Below, in pieces: positions 1 to 12,675 of a stretch of DNA of 64,000 nt. The notes below the pieces were generated by a model, which was not told where the DNA came from, did no database searches, and was given only the letters and a program-made list of their open reading frames with translations. Within the stretch, counting starts at the first letter, position 1. Each line of letters begins with the position of its first letter. Origin of the DNA: Octopus sinensis (Eukaryota); contig NC_043000.1 of the NCBI RefSeq assembly GCF_006345805.1, positions 142,662,001 to 142,726,000 on the forward strand. Direction: 5' to 3'. A program made the translations under genes and the position numbers.

Positions 1-600
1 CCCAAGTCTGTTAACAAGAACTAACATACTCTTTCAAATCAAATATTTAGTCCTAATAATTTCTAGTGACCCTACACAAGACGAGAAGGTCATACACTGT
101 TTCATACATGAATCTATAAATTTTGCACAAAACCATGAATTGTTTAACGAGGATAATACAATCAATTAACGCAACCCTACATTCCTTTACGTGATAGGAA
201 TAATAAGCTAAAATTTCTTAAATTCAAATCCGACCTTCCTAGAAATTGTAGGGAGCATTAGATACTGTATCTGAATAAAGGACGAGAGAAGCAGATCACA
301 TTAACCTCAGCAGATTTTGGACATAAAATGAACTGGAGTATAGCGAAATGCCTCAAAAGATTTAATCATAACACTTTCGTAGGAATACGAGAAAAGAGAG
401 TTGATTAAGCTAGAATGAGTGAGATTAGATACCCTTTGCCATGCCAGGGGAAAAGCCGTCGTACAGAAAGATGTAAGAGAGAACAAAAAGAAGAAAGGGA
501 GTAAAATGAATGAATGAATGAAATAAATATATAGGGTAAGAAAGAAGCATTAGTAATAGACCACATAGAAGAAAATCGGGATTTGTCAGAGAGTACTTAC

Positions 601-643
601 TTGCCCCAAATCCGAATGAGCGCCTCAAGAAAATATTGTGCTT
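601..643 (-). CDS. candidate 43-nt micro-exon (possible reading EAQYFLEALIRIWG), product unknown
   Basis: Minus strand: TGACTAAC branch-like motif, ...GATCCATACAG acceptor, 43 nt open in two frames, GTAAGT donor. Such patterns also arise by chance in AT-rich DNA. Confidence 0.25.
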
Positions 644-679
644 CTGTATGGATCAACAGCATTGAAATTAATGTTAGTC

Positions 680-1096
680 ATACTCTTTTACTCTTTTCTC
701 TTTTACTTGTTTCAGTCATTTGACTGCAGCCATGCTGGAGCACCGCCTTTAGTCGAGGAAATTGACCCAATGACTTATTCTTTGTAAGCCCAGTACTTTT
801 TCTATCGGTCTCTTTTGCCGAACCGCTAAGTGACGGGGACGTAAACACACCAGCATCGGTTGTCAAGCAATGCTAGGGGGACAAACACAGACACACAAAC
901 ACATACACACACACATATATATATACATATATACGACAGGCTTCTTTCAGTTTCCGTCTACCAAATCCACTCACAAGGCATTGGTCGGCCCGGAGCTATA
1001 GCAGAAGACACTTGCCCAAGGTGCCACGCAGTGGGACTGAACCCGGAACCATGTGGTTGGTAAGCAAGCTACTTACCACACAGCCACTCCTGCGCC
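680..1096 (-). mobile_element. tRNA-derived SINE, family A (CORE-like segment, (AAAAGAGT)n tail)
   Basis: Minus strand starts GGCGCAGGAGTGGCTGTGTGGTAAG...GGTTCAGTCCC (A/B boxes), continues GGCACCTTGGGCAAGTGTC and ends in an AGTAAAAGAG repeat. Near-identical to copies at 2466, 8684, 21367 and 57303. Confidence 0.92.
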
Positions 1097-1746
1097 TGTT
1101 TCAAATCTGTAGAAAATAAGCAAACTTAAAAGTACATTAGGTGATACGACTCCAGCTCGCGAGTGCGAGAGTTTTGGTGAGTATAGGGTTTGCCCTTAAT
1201 CACCAGTACTCCAAAATTTGCTCTGACCCCAGTTATATTACATACCAGAAAATTATCTTGCGGTTAAAGCCAACAAGATTTCGAGAAGAGCTAGCCCACT
1301 GTTGTGCTGACATGCTTTAAAATCGCATGATGGAGTCCCTTTGTTGAAAGAAGAAATACACTCAGCATCTAAAGAGCAATCTTGGGAGAGTGGGTGACTA
1401 GCAATGCCAACTGTAATAAACCGGCAGAAGGCCATTGGAAAACATTTCTCTATGTTGCCCAAGAAGGACTCGTGTGTCTTTGAAACATTGATTTGGAGAC
1501 GCGTGAACGCAGACATCTGTAGTCTCGGTACATGAAGAGAGAGTGGCAACTATTCACGTTGGAAGTATTTGCTCTTATCTACAATAAAATTGTAGTGCCT
1601 TCTAGTTAAGCTTTCATCATTGATACTTAAATTGATATATCTGTGTGACATGTCACTCTACGAATCTTGCGAAAATAATTAAATATGATGAATTAACTCC
1701 ATTTTGAGAAATGTGTGTCGGTGTACAACATTGTCGTATGTTCACT

Positions 1747-1767
<21 letters not shown>

Positions 1768-1777
<10 letters not shown>

Positions 1778-1888
1778 ATTTTGATGTTCGTGTTTTTAAT
1801 GATATTAATGTCGTTGTACTGACACGTCGGTAAAACAGCATTGATAACATTAAGAACAAATCGAACATCAAAGACACTTACTACTACT
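1768..1888. repeat. small imperfect hairpin (MITE-like) adjoining a (GTA)n tract
   Basis: TTTGATGTTCG...TTAATGATATTAATG (left) is the imperfect reverse complement of CATTGATAACATTAAG...CGAACATCAAA (right), centred on GACACGTC. Confidence 0.7.
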
Positions 1889-2465
1889 GAACGCAAAGCA
1901 GCTGTCGCCATAAGACAACTCATAATCTTTTACGTTTTTCTCTCTTTGTTTTTTGTGTGCGTTTTGTTCTTTTCGTTCAGATATCTGCATAAACTTCAGT
2001 TTATAAAATCAGTCTAATGTTCTCATAAGATTGATAACATGAATACTGGTTTCAATGGGAAACTAAGAATTATATTTTGAATTGTTCCTTGAGATTTTAT
2101 CTCTTACGGCGACACGTCTAGAAAATATGCCACGTTAAAAGCTAACTGCTTGATACATTTAAATCTTTTTATTCATGAAACTCATACGAAGGCTACAATA
2201 TTGCTCTGATGACTTTAGTATTGATAAATAGGTGAATGCCTTACAAACCAATATTGCTGATAGGTTCAATGTTTCACATTTCTAGAAACAAATTCAGTCC
2301 CACGAAGCTTAACTAAAGTTTTAAATTCCTAAATAGTTCAGATTTATCACCCTCGAGTATGAGGACTTATCAGCACTTTTGACTCAGCATCGAAATGTAG
2401 CAAAACCTCTCACACCTGTAGAACGTCTTCCGCTGAACAACTAGTGCTTATTGCATGAATATACC

Positions 2466-2871
2466 CTCTTTTACTTGTTTCAGTTATTTGACTGTGGCCA
2501 TGCTGGAGCACCGCCTTTAGTCGAGGAAATCGACCCCAGGACTTATTCTTTGTAAGCCTAGTAGTTATTCTATCGGTCTCTTTTGCCGAACCGCTAAGTT
2601 ATGGGTACGTAAACACACCAGCATCGGTTGTCAAGCGATGTGGGGTGGGGAGGGGGCAAACACAGACACACAAACATATACACACACATACATATATATA
2701 CATATATACGGTGGGCTTCTTCCAATTTCCGTCTACCAAATCCACTCACAAGGCTTTAGTCGGCTCGAGAAAATACTAGAAAACATTTGCCCAAGGCGCC
2801 ACGCAGTGGTACTGAACCCGGAACCATGTGGTTCGTAAGCAAGCTACTTACCACACAGCCACTCCTACGCC
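2466..2871 (-). mobile_element. tRNA-derived SINE, family A
   Basis: Collinear with 680-1096 over its whole length. Confidence 0.92.
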
Positions 2872-2944
2872 TATAGTACTTTTCTGAAGTAATATCGGGT
2901 ACTTTTCTGCATTAATTTCTTTAATTCTTACACATATATGCAGT

Positions 2945-3322
2945 TACGATGGCGTGGCAAAAAAATGTGCGTCCCAACTGCATGCTTTCAGGTTCAGTCC
3001 CACTACAGGTTCAAGTGCCATCTACTTTAGCCCTAGGTCGAATAAAACTTTAAGAATGGATTTGGTAGACAGAAACCGAAAGCATCCCTTCGGGTATACA
3101 TACGTGTGAGTGTGTTCATGTGTATGTATGAAGGTGTGTGGGTCTTTGTGCTAGTGTCTGTCCCCTCAACGCTGAACAACTAGTGCTGGTTTGTTTACTT
3201 CCCTTAACCTAATGGTTCGGCAAAAAAAAATCGTGAGACAAAGAACAAGACTTTTAAAAAAATCCTTGAATGTGTTGCCCTTGAGTGACCGAAGTCCAAT
3301 GAGTGAAACAAGCAAAAGAGGA
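2945..3322 (+). mobile_element. older, diverged family-A-related SINE
   Basis: Retains GGTTCAGTCCCACT, GGATTTGGTAGACAGAAAC and the GAAACAAGCAAAAGAG tail in family-A order. Confidence 0.75.
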
Positions 3323-3696
3323 AAAATAATAGGGAGCTGACCACTTAATGTTTGCACACACAATTAAAACTTAGCAAGGATTTCTGCATCCTGCAATAAC
3401 AATAATAGAAGTAGAGCATAAACTATAAAGTTCGATGGACAGCTTGCCGACCAGTGCTAGGCTGCGTTGGCTTTCATTACGCTACCACAAAGCTATTCAA
3501 CTCATTTGCATTGGGGTATGTAATATTAAACTCTTCTTTTTAATGCAAAAACTTGTTTATATTAATTGACTTCTACTCAAAAACAATCCCTCAGTATGTA
3601 AGAGTGAGTGTTTGTGTAAAAGCATATATTTTTGCATGCATACATCGAAATTATTATATAATACAAATACATACATATATATATTAATATATATTA

Positions 3697-3750
<54 letters not shown>

Positions 3751-3793
3751 TACATATATATACATATATACATAAATATGTGTATATATATAC

Positions 3794-4409
3794 GCGAGAA
3801 AGAAGCAACAAGAATGGATAGGTTTTTAGTACAATCGTTTCATACAAGGACAGGCTTATTAAAAGTTGTAAAAATTACAGCATATAAACGTGTCCCGTAC
3901 TCATCAGCTAAAATACATGTGAGTTCTCTAGACATCCTAGTGGTTGAGGCTATACTCATGAAGTAATGTAGATAATTAAGTAACATAAACAGATTTCCAA
4001 AGTTCATTAAAGTTCTTTAAAGATGATGTACAGTCTTATCACAGAATTTTAAAAAAGTTAAATAGCATCACAGAGAAGGTGACCTAATCCATAGAGCACA
4101 TATGTGCTCTATGGATTAGGTCACCTTCTCTGTGATGCTATTAGAACTTTTTTAAAATTCTGTGATAAGACTGTACATCATCTTAAAGAACTTTAATGAA
4201 CTTTGGAAATCTGTTTATGTTACTTAATTATCTACATTACTTCATGAGTATAGCCTCAACCACTAGGATGTCTAGAGAACTCACATGTATTTTAGCTGAT
4301 GAGTACGGGACACGTTTATATGCTGTAATTTTTACAACTTTTAATAAAGCCTGTCCTTGTATGAAACGATTGTACTAAAAACCTATCCATCTTGTTGCTT
4401 CTTTCTCGC
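3794..4409. repeat. 616-bp near-perfect palindrome with no spacer, possibly a head-to-head Penelope pLTR pair
   Basis: Arms 3794-4101 and 4102-4409 are reverse complements except at 4 small indel sites. Centre is GAGCACAT|ATGTGCTC. Confidence 0.97.
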
Positions 4410-4634
4410 TTATAATCACCCCACATTACTGTATTGTTAAAACAGTATAGTTTTTTTGGTGCATCTAAGTTAGGTACCATATTCAAGTAAATTCATTTAA
4501 ATTAACTTGAATCTTTATTGCTTTTTGTGTATATATATATATATGTATATAAATATATATATGTATTATATTATATATATATATATCATATATATATATT
4601 ATATATATATATACATATATAAATATATATATGC

Positions 4635-4669
<35 letters not shown>

Positions 4670-5179
4670 TATATATGCGTGTTTTTCTGTGCATATGCAT
4701 GTATGCGTTTACACAAGCAAACACTCAAGCATATATGTGTGCGCGCGTGTATGTATAAAGATATAACTGTACATACATATCCATATATGCATATATTCAT
4801 ATATATACACACATATGTGTGTGTGTGTATGTGTGTTTCTGTAAACGTGTGATAATAGGAAGCGGATGACTAATGTCGCGATGTATTTTAAAAATCTAAG
4901 TTGAACATAATTCCTAAAATATGTGTTGAAGTTTCATTATCGGTACGTTGAAGTACATTCAGTCCTGGAATAGTAATCGCTTTAAAATAACTAAACATGG
5001 AATAATGAACACTGCATACACAATTACAGTTGTTGAAGCCTGTTGGGAAAAAAAAGCCCAGTTCGAAAATACGAAGTTAAATTGAATTAGATTTAATCAA
5101 TCGCAGCCTGCAAGGAAATATTGCAATCGATACGAACTGATTCTAGCTATATATATACGTGTATGTGTGCGGAGGGGTG

Positions 5180-5246
<67 letters not shown>

Positions 5247-5310
5247 TGTAATTGTGTGAATGCATATTTATGGGTGTGTTTATGTATGTATGTATGTGTG
5301 TATGTATCTG

Positions 5311-5460
5311 TGCGCAGATGTACACTCCTGTAAGCATATGCGTCTATGCAGACTCAAGGATAGCTATGTATGTATGTGAATGTATGTGTTTTTGCGCAGA
5401 TATACACTCATGTAAGCATATGCGTCTATGCAGACTCAAGGATAACTATGTACGTATGTA
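5311..5460 (+). repeat. 82-bp tandem duplication inside a TG/TATG-rich tract
   Basis: TGCGCAGAT(G/A)TACACTC(C/A)TGTAAGCATATGCGTCTATGCAGACTCAAGGATA occurs at 5311 and 5393. Confidence 0.9.
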
Positions 5461-6109
5461 TATGGATGTATGTGTCTATGCGTGCGTTTCTGTGTCTGTG
5501 CTTGAATTGTTATGTGTGTTTGTGTGTGCATGTGTGATTGTGTATGAATCTATGCGTGCATGTGTGTTTGTGTGTGCATGTGTGATTGTGTATGAATCAC
5601 ACACACACACTCACACGGACAGAGATGATTATGTGACCACGCAGACACAGTTGTGTACAGATATCTATACGTGAGTGTCAACGCGTGTGTTTGTGTATGC
5701 GTGAGTTCGTGCGTACATTCGCGTATGTTTATGTACGCGTGTGTATGTTTGTGAGGAGAAATGTAATTTGGTTTCACGCAAGCTGTGTCATTTCTGCTGA
5801 GCTGATGAGAAGTGAAACCAGAGATATTTTTAGTTTCTTTCTAGTCGTTGACATTAAAATTCGTAATAAAATGTAGCAAATGATTTTTGTCTTCCCTCAC
5901 TCTCTCTCTCACTTCTTTTCACTTTCTCTCTCACGCTATTTTTCTCTCTGTCTCACTCACTCAATATGTGTGTATATGTATGTGTGTATGTGTGTGCGGT
6001 AAAAATTTGTGCAAAAGTCATTCAGTCGAATCTGTTATATCTGTTATGCTAACGATCGACTTCTTCATTTATTTCAAAATACATTTTATGTTTTCTAGTG
6101 TTTTTGACA

Positions 6110-6121
6110 TTTGAATATATT

Positions 6122-6172
<51 letters not shown>

Positions 6173-6201
6173 GTGTGTGTGCGTGTGTATGTATAGCTAT
6201 A

Positions 6202-6232
<31 letters not shown>

Positions 6233-6357
6233 TATATATATATATATGTGTGTGTGTATGTGTATGAATATATTCATACATGTATATATATATATTTAAA
6301 TTTTATATATGTATATATATTTACATATATATATCTATGCATATATATATGTATATA

Positions 6358-6402
<45 letters not shown>

Positions 6403-6443
6403 TTATATTTGTACATATATATATATATTATGTATGTATATGC

Positions 6444-6474
<31 letters not shown>

Positions 6475-6927
6475 ATATATATAATATATATATATATATA
6501 CATACATACATATACAGACGTGTGTGCATTAATGATTTATTTATTGTTTATATATTTCTAGCGAAATGGTGAAAGCTAGTTTTGTCGCCGTTTCATTCAA
6601 ATTAGCAACCACTTCAAAAATCTGCGAGATTCAAGCACACTATTTCAGGAGATCTAATTAACGGTTATTAGGAAAAACAGTAAACAGCTTTTCGATTTAA
6701 ACATATGAATTCTCTATTAGTATGCATCACAAGTATCTTTTACAATGGCACACACTCACGAACAGAGGGATACGTACACACATGCACACACAAACACACA
6801 TATTATGTACATACGTGTATATATGTGTGTGGATATATATATATGGATAGATAGATATATAGATAGATAGATAGATAAATAGATTGATAGATAGATCGCT
6901 CGATAATAGATAGATACATAGATAAAT

Positions 6928-6970
<43 letters not shown>

Positions 6971-7041
6971 AATGCATTTTACTTTGTAAATGTAGTTTTT
7001 AAGTAAATACATGTTTATCTGCATACATGCACGGTCACACA

Positions 7042-7098
<57 letters not shown>

Positions 7099-7235
7099 CG
7101 CGCGTGTGTGTGTGTATGCGCGCGTGTGTATGTGTATGCGCGCGTGTGTGTGTGTCTGTCTGTGTCTCCGAGTGTGTCTGTGTGTGTTTGTGTGTCTGTG
7201 TGTGTTTGTGTGTCTGTGTGTGTGTATAGATATAC
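6110..7235. repeat. compound microsatellite block (TA)n, (GATA)n, (GA)n, (TG)n with short unique inserts
   Basis: Directly visible. Source of many spurious ORFs. Confidence 0.95.
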
Positions 7236-7842
7236 ATTTAGATCATTTGATATATAGCACAAACTTAACCAGCGAAAAAACTGTTTTCACTGCGGTTTGC
7301 CGTTGATAAAATTTCCCAGTTTATGCAATAGGTATTAAAGCAACGATAGCTATTTTATGGCACACTCTGGAGGAACAATGAATACATTTCTATCTATTTC
7401 TATAACATCAGCACCGAGTACTTCACGAGAGAAAACACTTCAAAACCTGGAGTGATTCCCTGCGACACTGGCCAGGTTTCAACAAAATATCATAGTAGGC
7501 ACATGATAGTAATTTTGTGAGTACACGTATTCGAACCGCTCTAAATGAGTGCTTACTCATACCACCGCTTTCACGAGCCTACTGCAATACATACATACAT
7601 ACATACATACATACATACATTCATACATACATACATACATACATACATACATACATACATACATACATGATGGCTGTCCCCTCGTTATCGAGTATTGCCA
7701 TTGCACGAAGCTTAATTGTCGTTGGTGCTGTGATCGAATGTGACTTTTTAGCCCAGCTAAAGATCTACAACGTCATACATACATACGTATATACAAACTT
7801 ACATATATAGAAGTTCCAAATGTGAATTTGTCTGTGTTAACT

Positions 7843-7901
7843 ACATCCCAAAGATGGAGCCTTGTATCTTTGTTGGAAACCGGCTTCCTCCTCAGTGGAA
7901 G
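7843..7901 (-). ncRNA. degenerate type I hammerhead-like motif downstream of a PLE endonuclease remnant
   Basis: Minus strand: CTTCCA-CTGAGGA-GGAAGCCGGTTTCC (stem II)-AAC (GAAAC lacking GA)-CAAAGAT/ATCTTTG hairpin (stem III). The cleavage triplet is not intact. Confidence 0.4.
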
Positions 7902-8089
7902 ATTTATAATAATTAAAAAAATAGAATAGACATACAAACATACACACATACTTACTTACATGGATGACATTACGCCAGCTGATCCAATCAAAGGAACTGC
8001 ATCCTCTTAGAATTAACGAGCAATGGCTAAGCACTCTCCACACATGCATGTTCATGAACATGATCTGCGTTCCTTGAACTTTCCTTATC

Positions 8090-8400
8090 CATAAATTTCT
8101 AAATTAACCTTTTAATTTCGGTGAGAACTTCTTTATGACATATAGTTCCGTTGTCTTTCGGAAGTTTGGGCCGTTTCTTAAGAAAGATCTTGTGTTTTTG
8201 TTCCCCACATATTTTCAAATGTTTGCCCAATGGAATATTCCGTAGTTCCTTTTGTCGGATTTGCTGTCTGTAGACTCTTGCGCGTTAGCATATGGAATTA
8301 TTGGTTTCACCAATATAATTTTCCTTATATTTGGGGCAAGGAATGTAGTAGATGAGATTTTATATCTTGAAGTTCGTATTTGCATTTAAGTTGAACGAGA
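8090..8400 (-). mobile_element. Penelope-like element GIY-YIG endonuclease remnant
   Basis: Frameshifted minus-strand translation gives ...KENYIGETNN...RARVYRQQIRQKELRNIPLGKHLKICGEQ..., the YIGET motif region of PLE endonucleases. Confidence 0.8.
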
Positions 8401-8496
8401 ATCAAAAAAAAAATTCAGATCATATTTATAACTGAGAAACACTTTCCTATACTTAAACTGTTTTCATATTGTATTTAAAATCACACCTATACTTAC

Positions 8497-8551
8497 TTTA
8501 AAATCAATCTTTCAAAAACATAGCCATACACGGCTAAATCAAAAACAACAT
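8497..8551 (-). CDS. candidate 55-nt exon (VVFDLAVYGYVFERLIL), product unknown
   Basis: TTAAAATTTCAG acceptor, GTAAGT donor, one open frame (phase 1 to 2), frame-compatible with 9823-9864. Confidence 0.3.
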
Positions 8552-8683
8552 CTGAAATTTTAATCAAAAATCTGACCCCATCCGTAATACTATTCTCTCC
8601 CCCTTACATTAATGAAAACAAAAGAATTTAAAAAAACAAAACCTTGAAATGAAATTATAATCCTAACTGAAGAAAATCAAAAA

Positions 8684-9094
8684 CAGCAGTGGCTGTGTGG
8701 TAAGTAGCTTGCTAAGCAACCACATGGTTCCGGGTTCAGTCCCACAGCGTGGCATCTTGGGCAAGTGTCTTCTGCTATAGCCACGGGCCGACCAATGCCT
8801 TGTGAGTGGATTTGGTAAACGGAAACTGAAAGAAGCCCGTCGTATATATGTATATATATATATATGCATGTGTGTTTGTGTTAGTGTGTCTGTGTTTGTC
8901 ACCCCTAGCATTGCTTGACAACCGATGCTGGTGTGTTTACGTCCCCGTCACTTAGCAGAAGAGACCGATAGAATAAGTACTGGGCTTACAAAAGAATAAG
9001 TCCAGGGGTCGATTTGCTCGACTAAAGGCGGTGCTCCAGCATGGCCGCAGTCAAATGGCTGAAACAAGTAAAAGAGTAAAAGAGTAAAAGAGAG
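8684..9094 (+). mobile_element. tRNA-derived SINE, family A
   Basis: Collinear with other family-A copies, with (AGTAAAAG)n tail. Confidence 0.92.
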
Positions 9095-9147
9095 AGTCTT
9101 CCAATTAAAAACGTCGCCTACCTGAATACAAACAATTTCTCCACCTG

Positions 9148-9524
9148 TGGAAGCACTCCGTCGGTTACGACGATGAGGGTTCCGGTTGATCCGAATCAAC
9201 GGAACAGCCTGCTCGTGAAATTAACGTGTAAGTGGCTGAGCACTCCACAGACACGTGCACCCTTAACGTAGTTCTCAGGGATATTCAGCGTGACACAGGG
9301 GCCGGCCCCTTGAAATACAGTTACAACAGAAACAGGAAGTAAGAGTGAGAAAAAGTTGTGGTGAAAGAGTACAGCAGGGATCACCACCATCCTCTGCCGG
9401 AGCCTCGTGGAGCTTTTAGGAATTTTCGCTCAATAAACACTCACAATGCCCGGTCTGGGAATCGAAACCGCGATCCTATGACCGCGAGTCCGCTGCCCTA
9501 ACCACTGGGCCATTGCGCGTCCAC
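9148..9524 (-). mobile_element. tRNA-derived SINE, family C (probable RTE-type 3' tail), 12-bp TSD
   Basis: Head GCGCAATGGCCCAGTGGTTAGGG...GGTTTCGATTCCC, tail ...GTCGTAACCGACGGAGTGCTTCCAC. Flanks ATTTCTCCACCT (9135-9146) and ATTTCCCCACCT (9525-9536). Second copy at 49425. Confidence 0.92.
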
Positions 9525-9822
9525 ATTTCCCCACCTAAAAGGTCACTAAAAGAAAAACATATTGAATCAAGCCAACACTGATACAAAAGTCACGCCTTCC
9601 CCTACCTCTCAAGCTTTATTCGTATCTCTTTTCCCTTCTACAAACTCCCAAAATAATCCTATATTCTCATCTATCTCTATCTTCACTATCTCCCACCCTC
9701 TCCTCCTTTCTCACTATTGCACCTTCCTTTCTAATTTGTTCCTCTCTCTGCCCCCCTCTCTCTCTTTCTAAAACAATCATCAGTTTCAATTTTATATATA
9801 AAAAAAGGCGAAGTAAACTTAC

Positions 9823-9864
9823 AATAAACCACATTTTTGATAAATCCGATAAGGGAAGGAAGCG
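9823..9864 (-). CDS. candidate symmetric 42-nt exon (LPSLIGFIKNVVY in phase 1), product unknown
   Basis: TTTACATTTTTAG acceptor, GTAAGT donor. Open in all frames, so the frame is only weakly constrained. Confidence 0.3.
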
Positions 9865-9949
9865 CTAAAAATGTAAATTAAAATATATATTATAATCATC
9901 CAACATTCTGTCTATCTTATTATTCTCAATATAAAATGTCTGTACAAAA

Positions 9950-10265
<316 letters not shown>

Positions 10266-11439
10266 TACGTTACCGAGTTTGTATTCATGTGCAACAAGTT
10301 TGTGCATGACAGATGAAAAAAACTTTCGATTATTTTTATGTAGTGGTACATTGATTATGCCGATGTTAATATATTGTATTTCAACTCATAAAAAAATATT
10401 TTTTATAAGTTCTGCAGGAATCGTCTAATTAAATATTTAATGTAAAGTCAAGAAAGGCTGCAATAAAGTAAATTCGACGCCTGCTTGAATACAAAGGAGA
10501 GCGCTTTGGTAGATATTCAATTATAAAGGCAACAGAAATTAGGAATTGCTTAAATTCACCTAAACCCCATTTTACAATCATCTCTAAACTTTGAAGACAA
10601 ATTGACTCGAATTCAGAATATTACGCTTAGAATGCAACACCATTAAATTTTCATGTCTCTAGTTATACCATATTGATTATTTGAAAAGAGGACGAAATAG
10701 CGCTATACATGGTGATCGATGACTTAAAGACAATTCTACAGGATCTTTGTAATAAATAAAAAATATATATTTTAACTATGTATATTGTGTGCTCCCTCTT
10801 TGTTACATTTAAACTTCAAATTCATATTCCTCAACCCGGTATGATTTATAATTTATCTAGAAGTAATAACTCCATTACAATAATTGTCACCAGTGTTCCA
10901 CGTGTTTAACTTAGTATTCAATATATTTTGGAAAAATTCCATGTGTGACTATTAAAATTTAAGGACCAGACTGCCTTAAGTAAAGAATATACATTGGACG
11001 GTCTACTTCTTATATAAAAATAGGTAGGGTTAATACGAATGGAATGCATTTGATCTTAGCATTAACCTGTACGTAGACAGCAAAACTTGTAAATAATTTC
11101 ACTGTGCGTCACATAATTCGAAAGTCATATTGTCTTTAAATATGTATATTTTTAAGTTATCATTGTGTAGATAAGTAGAGTACACCTTATAAACGACCAC
11201 ATAACAACAATAATAAGCTAAGAAGTTTAATTTCTGTATCGTTGGACATTTACAGATGATATACAGATGGCTTCACAGATTATAGATGGAGTTATTGAAA
11301 ATTTACTACAACAGAACACAAACATTCAAAACTTATGTCTCTACACCCTACACTTACTAGAAAAATATGTGCAAATCTTGCGTCTAAGTTAGGATCCTAT
11401 ATCTATAATATTTTGTTTTAAATACCCAGGTTTATTCCC

Positions 11440-11760
11440 CATTTTTGTAACAGGGGGTAACCACAACAGAACACATGGGTATGACTATAAACTACATCTA
11501 GTAGTGGGACCCTGCGGCCCTGGTTTGAAGAGTGTGGAACAACCTCTTAGCCACTAATATTTTATGGTCTACTCTGACCCGGAGTGCTAGCACGTGCCAC
11601 AGCTATGGGTTAACTAGCAATCCCCCTTGCAACTGGGGTGGGGGACCGGTAGAATGAAGTCACCATATTCCCTGCGTGGCGTAAGAGGCGACTAAAATGG
11701 GCGGGAGCGAAGGGACTGAGAATCCAATCCTCCTAGCAATTTCAAATTCCTAAAAAGACA
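11440..11760 (+). mobile_element. GC-rich repeat fragment, probably retroposon-derived
   Basis: GC-rich island containing CTCTGACCCGGAGTG and CCCTGCGTGGCGTAAGAGGCGACTAAA, a motif I recall from invertebrate SINE/RTE 5' regions. Not verified. Confidence 0.4.
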
Positions 11761-12318
11761 AGAAAATCTATAAAACTAGCATGCATAAAGCCTTCCAAAT
11801 GTTTTCTCTCATTGCCTTAGTATCCTAATGGATAGATATGTATAAGTATTTTGTCATTAGATACGATGAAACACGTGCAGCAAAAACTATAACCCATGAT
11901 ATACACGGAAGATATAGCTATAGTTTAGACACCTGCAAGATGTAGGTTAATGGCTAATACTGTACTTTTCAAATTGTGAGATAATTATTTTACAATGAAC
12001 CGCGTTAAATAATAAGTGTTTAATTACATTTTTGCTGGACATTTCCCCTAGGAAATTAGTTGTGAAAATGAAAAATGGAAAATAATCTTGCTTAATTAAA
12101 TTTCAACCTTTCTATAACTTCAAGCGGGAAATACTGTTAAGAAATATCCTGTTGAGGCAGCATAGCGAACTCGTGAAGTAAACTCTAGTAGTTTCTACTT
12201 TTAATTTCATGATGAGTTACAGCATAGTCTTTAGACTATCGTTCCGTTGTCGGAAACAAAAGAAGTATTCGTGTCCATTTGCCTGTGCTTAATTTTCAAA
12301 TAGTAATACACATTCATA

Positions 12319-12541
12319 AGGCAGAAACGTTAGCACGCCGGGCGAAATGCTTTGCGGTATTTCGTCTGCCGTTACGTTCTGAGTTCAAATTCCGCCGAGG
12401 TCGACTTTGCCTTTCATCCTTTCGGGGTCGATTAAATAAGTACCAGTTACCCACTGGGGTCTATGTAATTGACTTAATCGGTTTGTCTGTCCTTGTTTGT
12501 CCCGTCTGTGTGTAGCCCCTTGTGGGCAATAAAGAAATAAG
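12319..12541 (+). mobile_element. tRNA-derived SINE, family B (Meta-domain type), monomer
   Basis: GTTCTGAGTTCAAATTCC B-box, then GCCTTTCATCCTTTCGGGGTCGAT...AGTACCAG (resembles the MetaSINE central domain), tail GGCAATAAAGAAATAAG. Confidence 0.9.
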
Positions 12542-12622
12542 TAATACACATTCATACACACATACAATCACATTACACAGTTACAAATGCACAAACCCAC
12601 ACACGACAGGTCTTTGCGCGTG

Positions 12623-12675
<53 letters not shown>

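Noticed and set aside
1-300. Possible PLE RT N-terminal remnant (SDPTQ...PTFLY spacing)
   Set aside because: Only two short motifs, with stops between them. Not enough to call.
1253-1549. 98-aa minus-strand ORF in GC-richer unique DNA
   Set aside because: No recognisable domain, non-ATG start and no convincing splice pair in either orientation.
5802-5818. CTGATGA-GAAGT-GAAAC as a hammerhead
   Set aside because: Five nucleotides cannot form stem II, and there is no stem I pairing.
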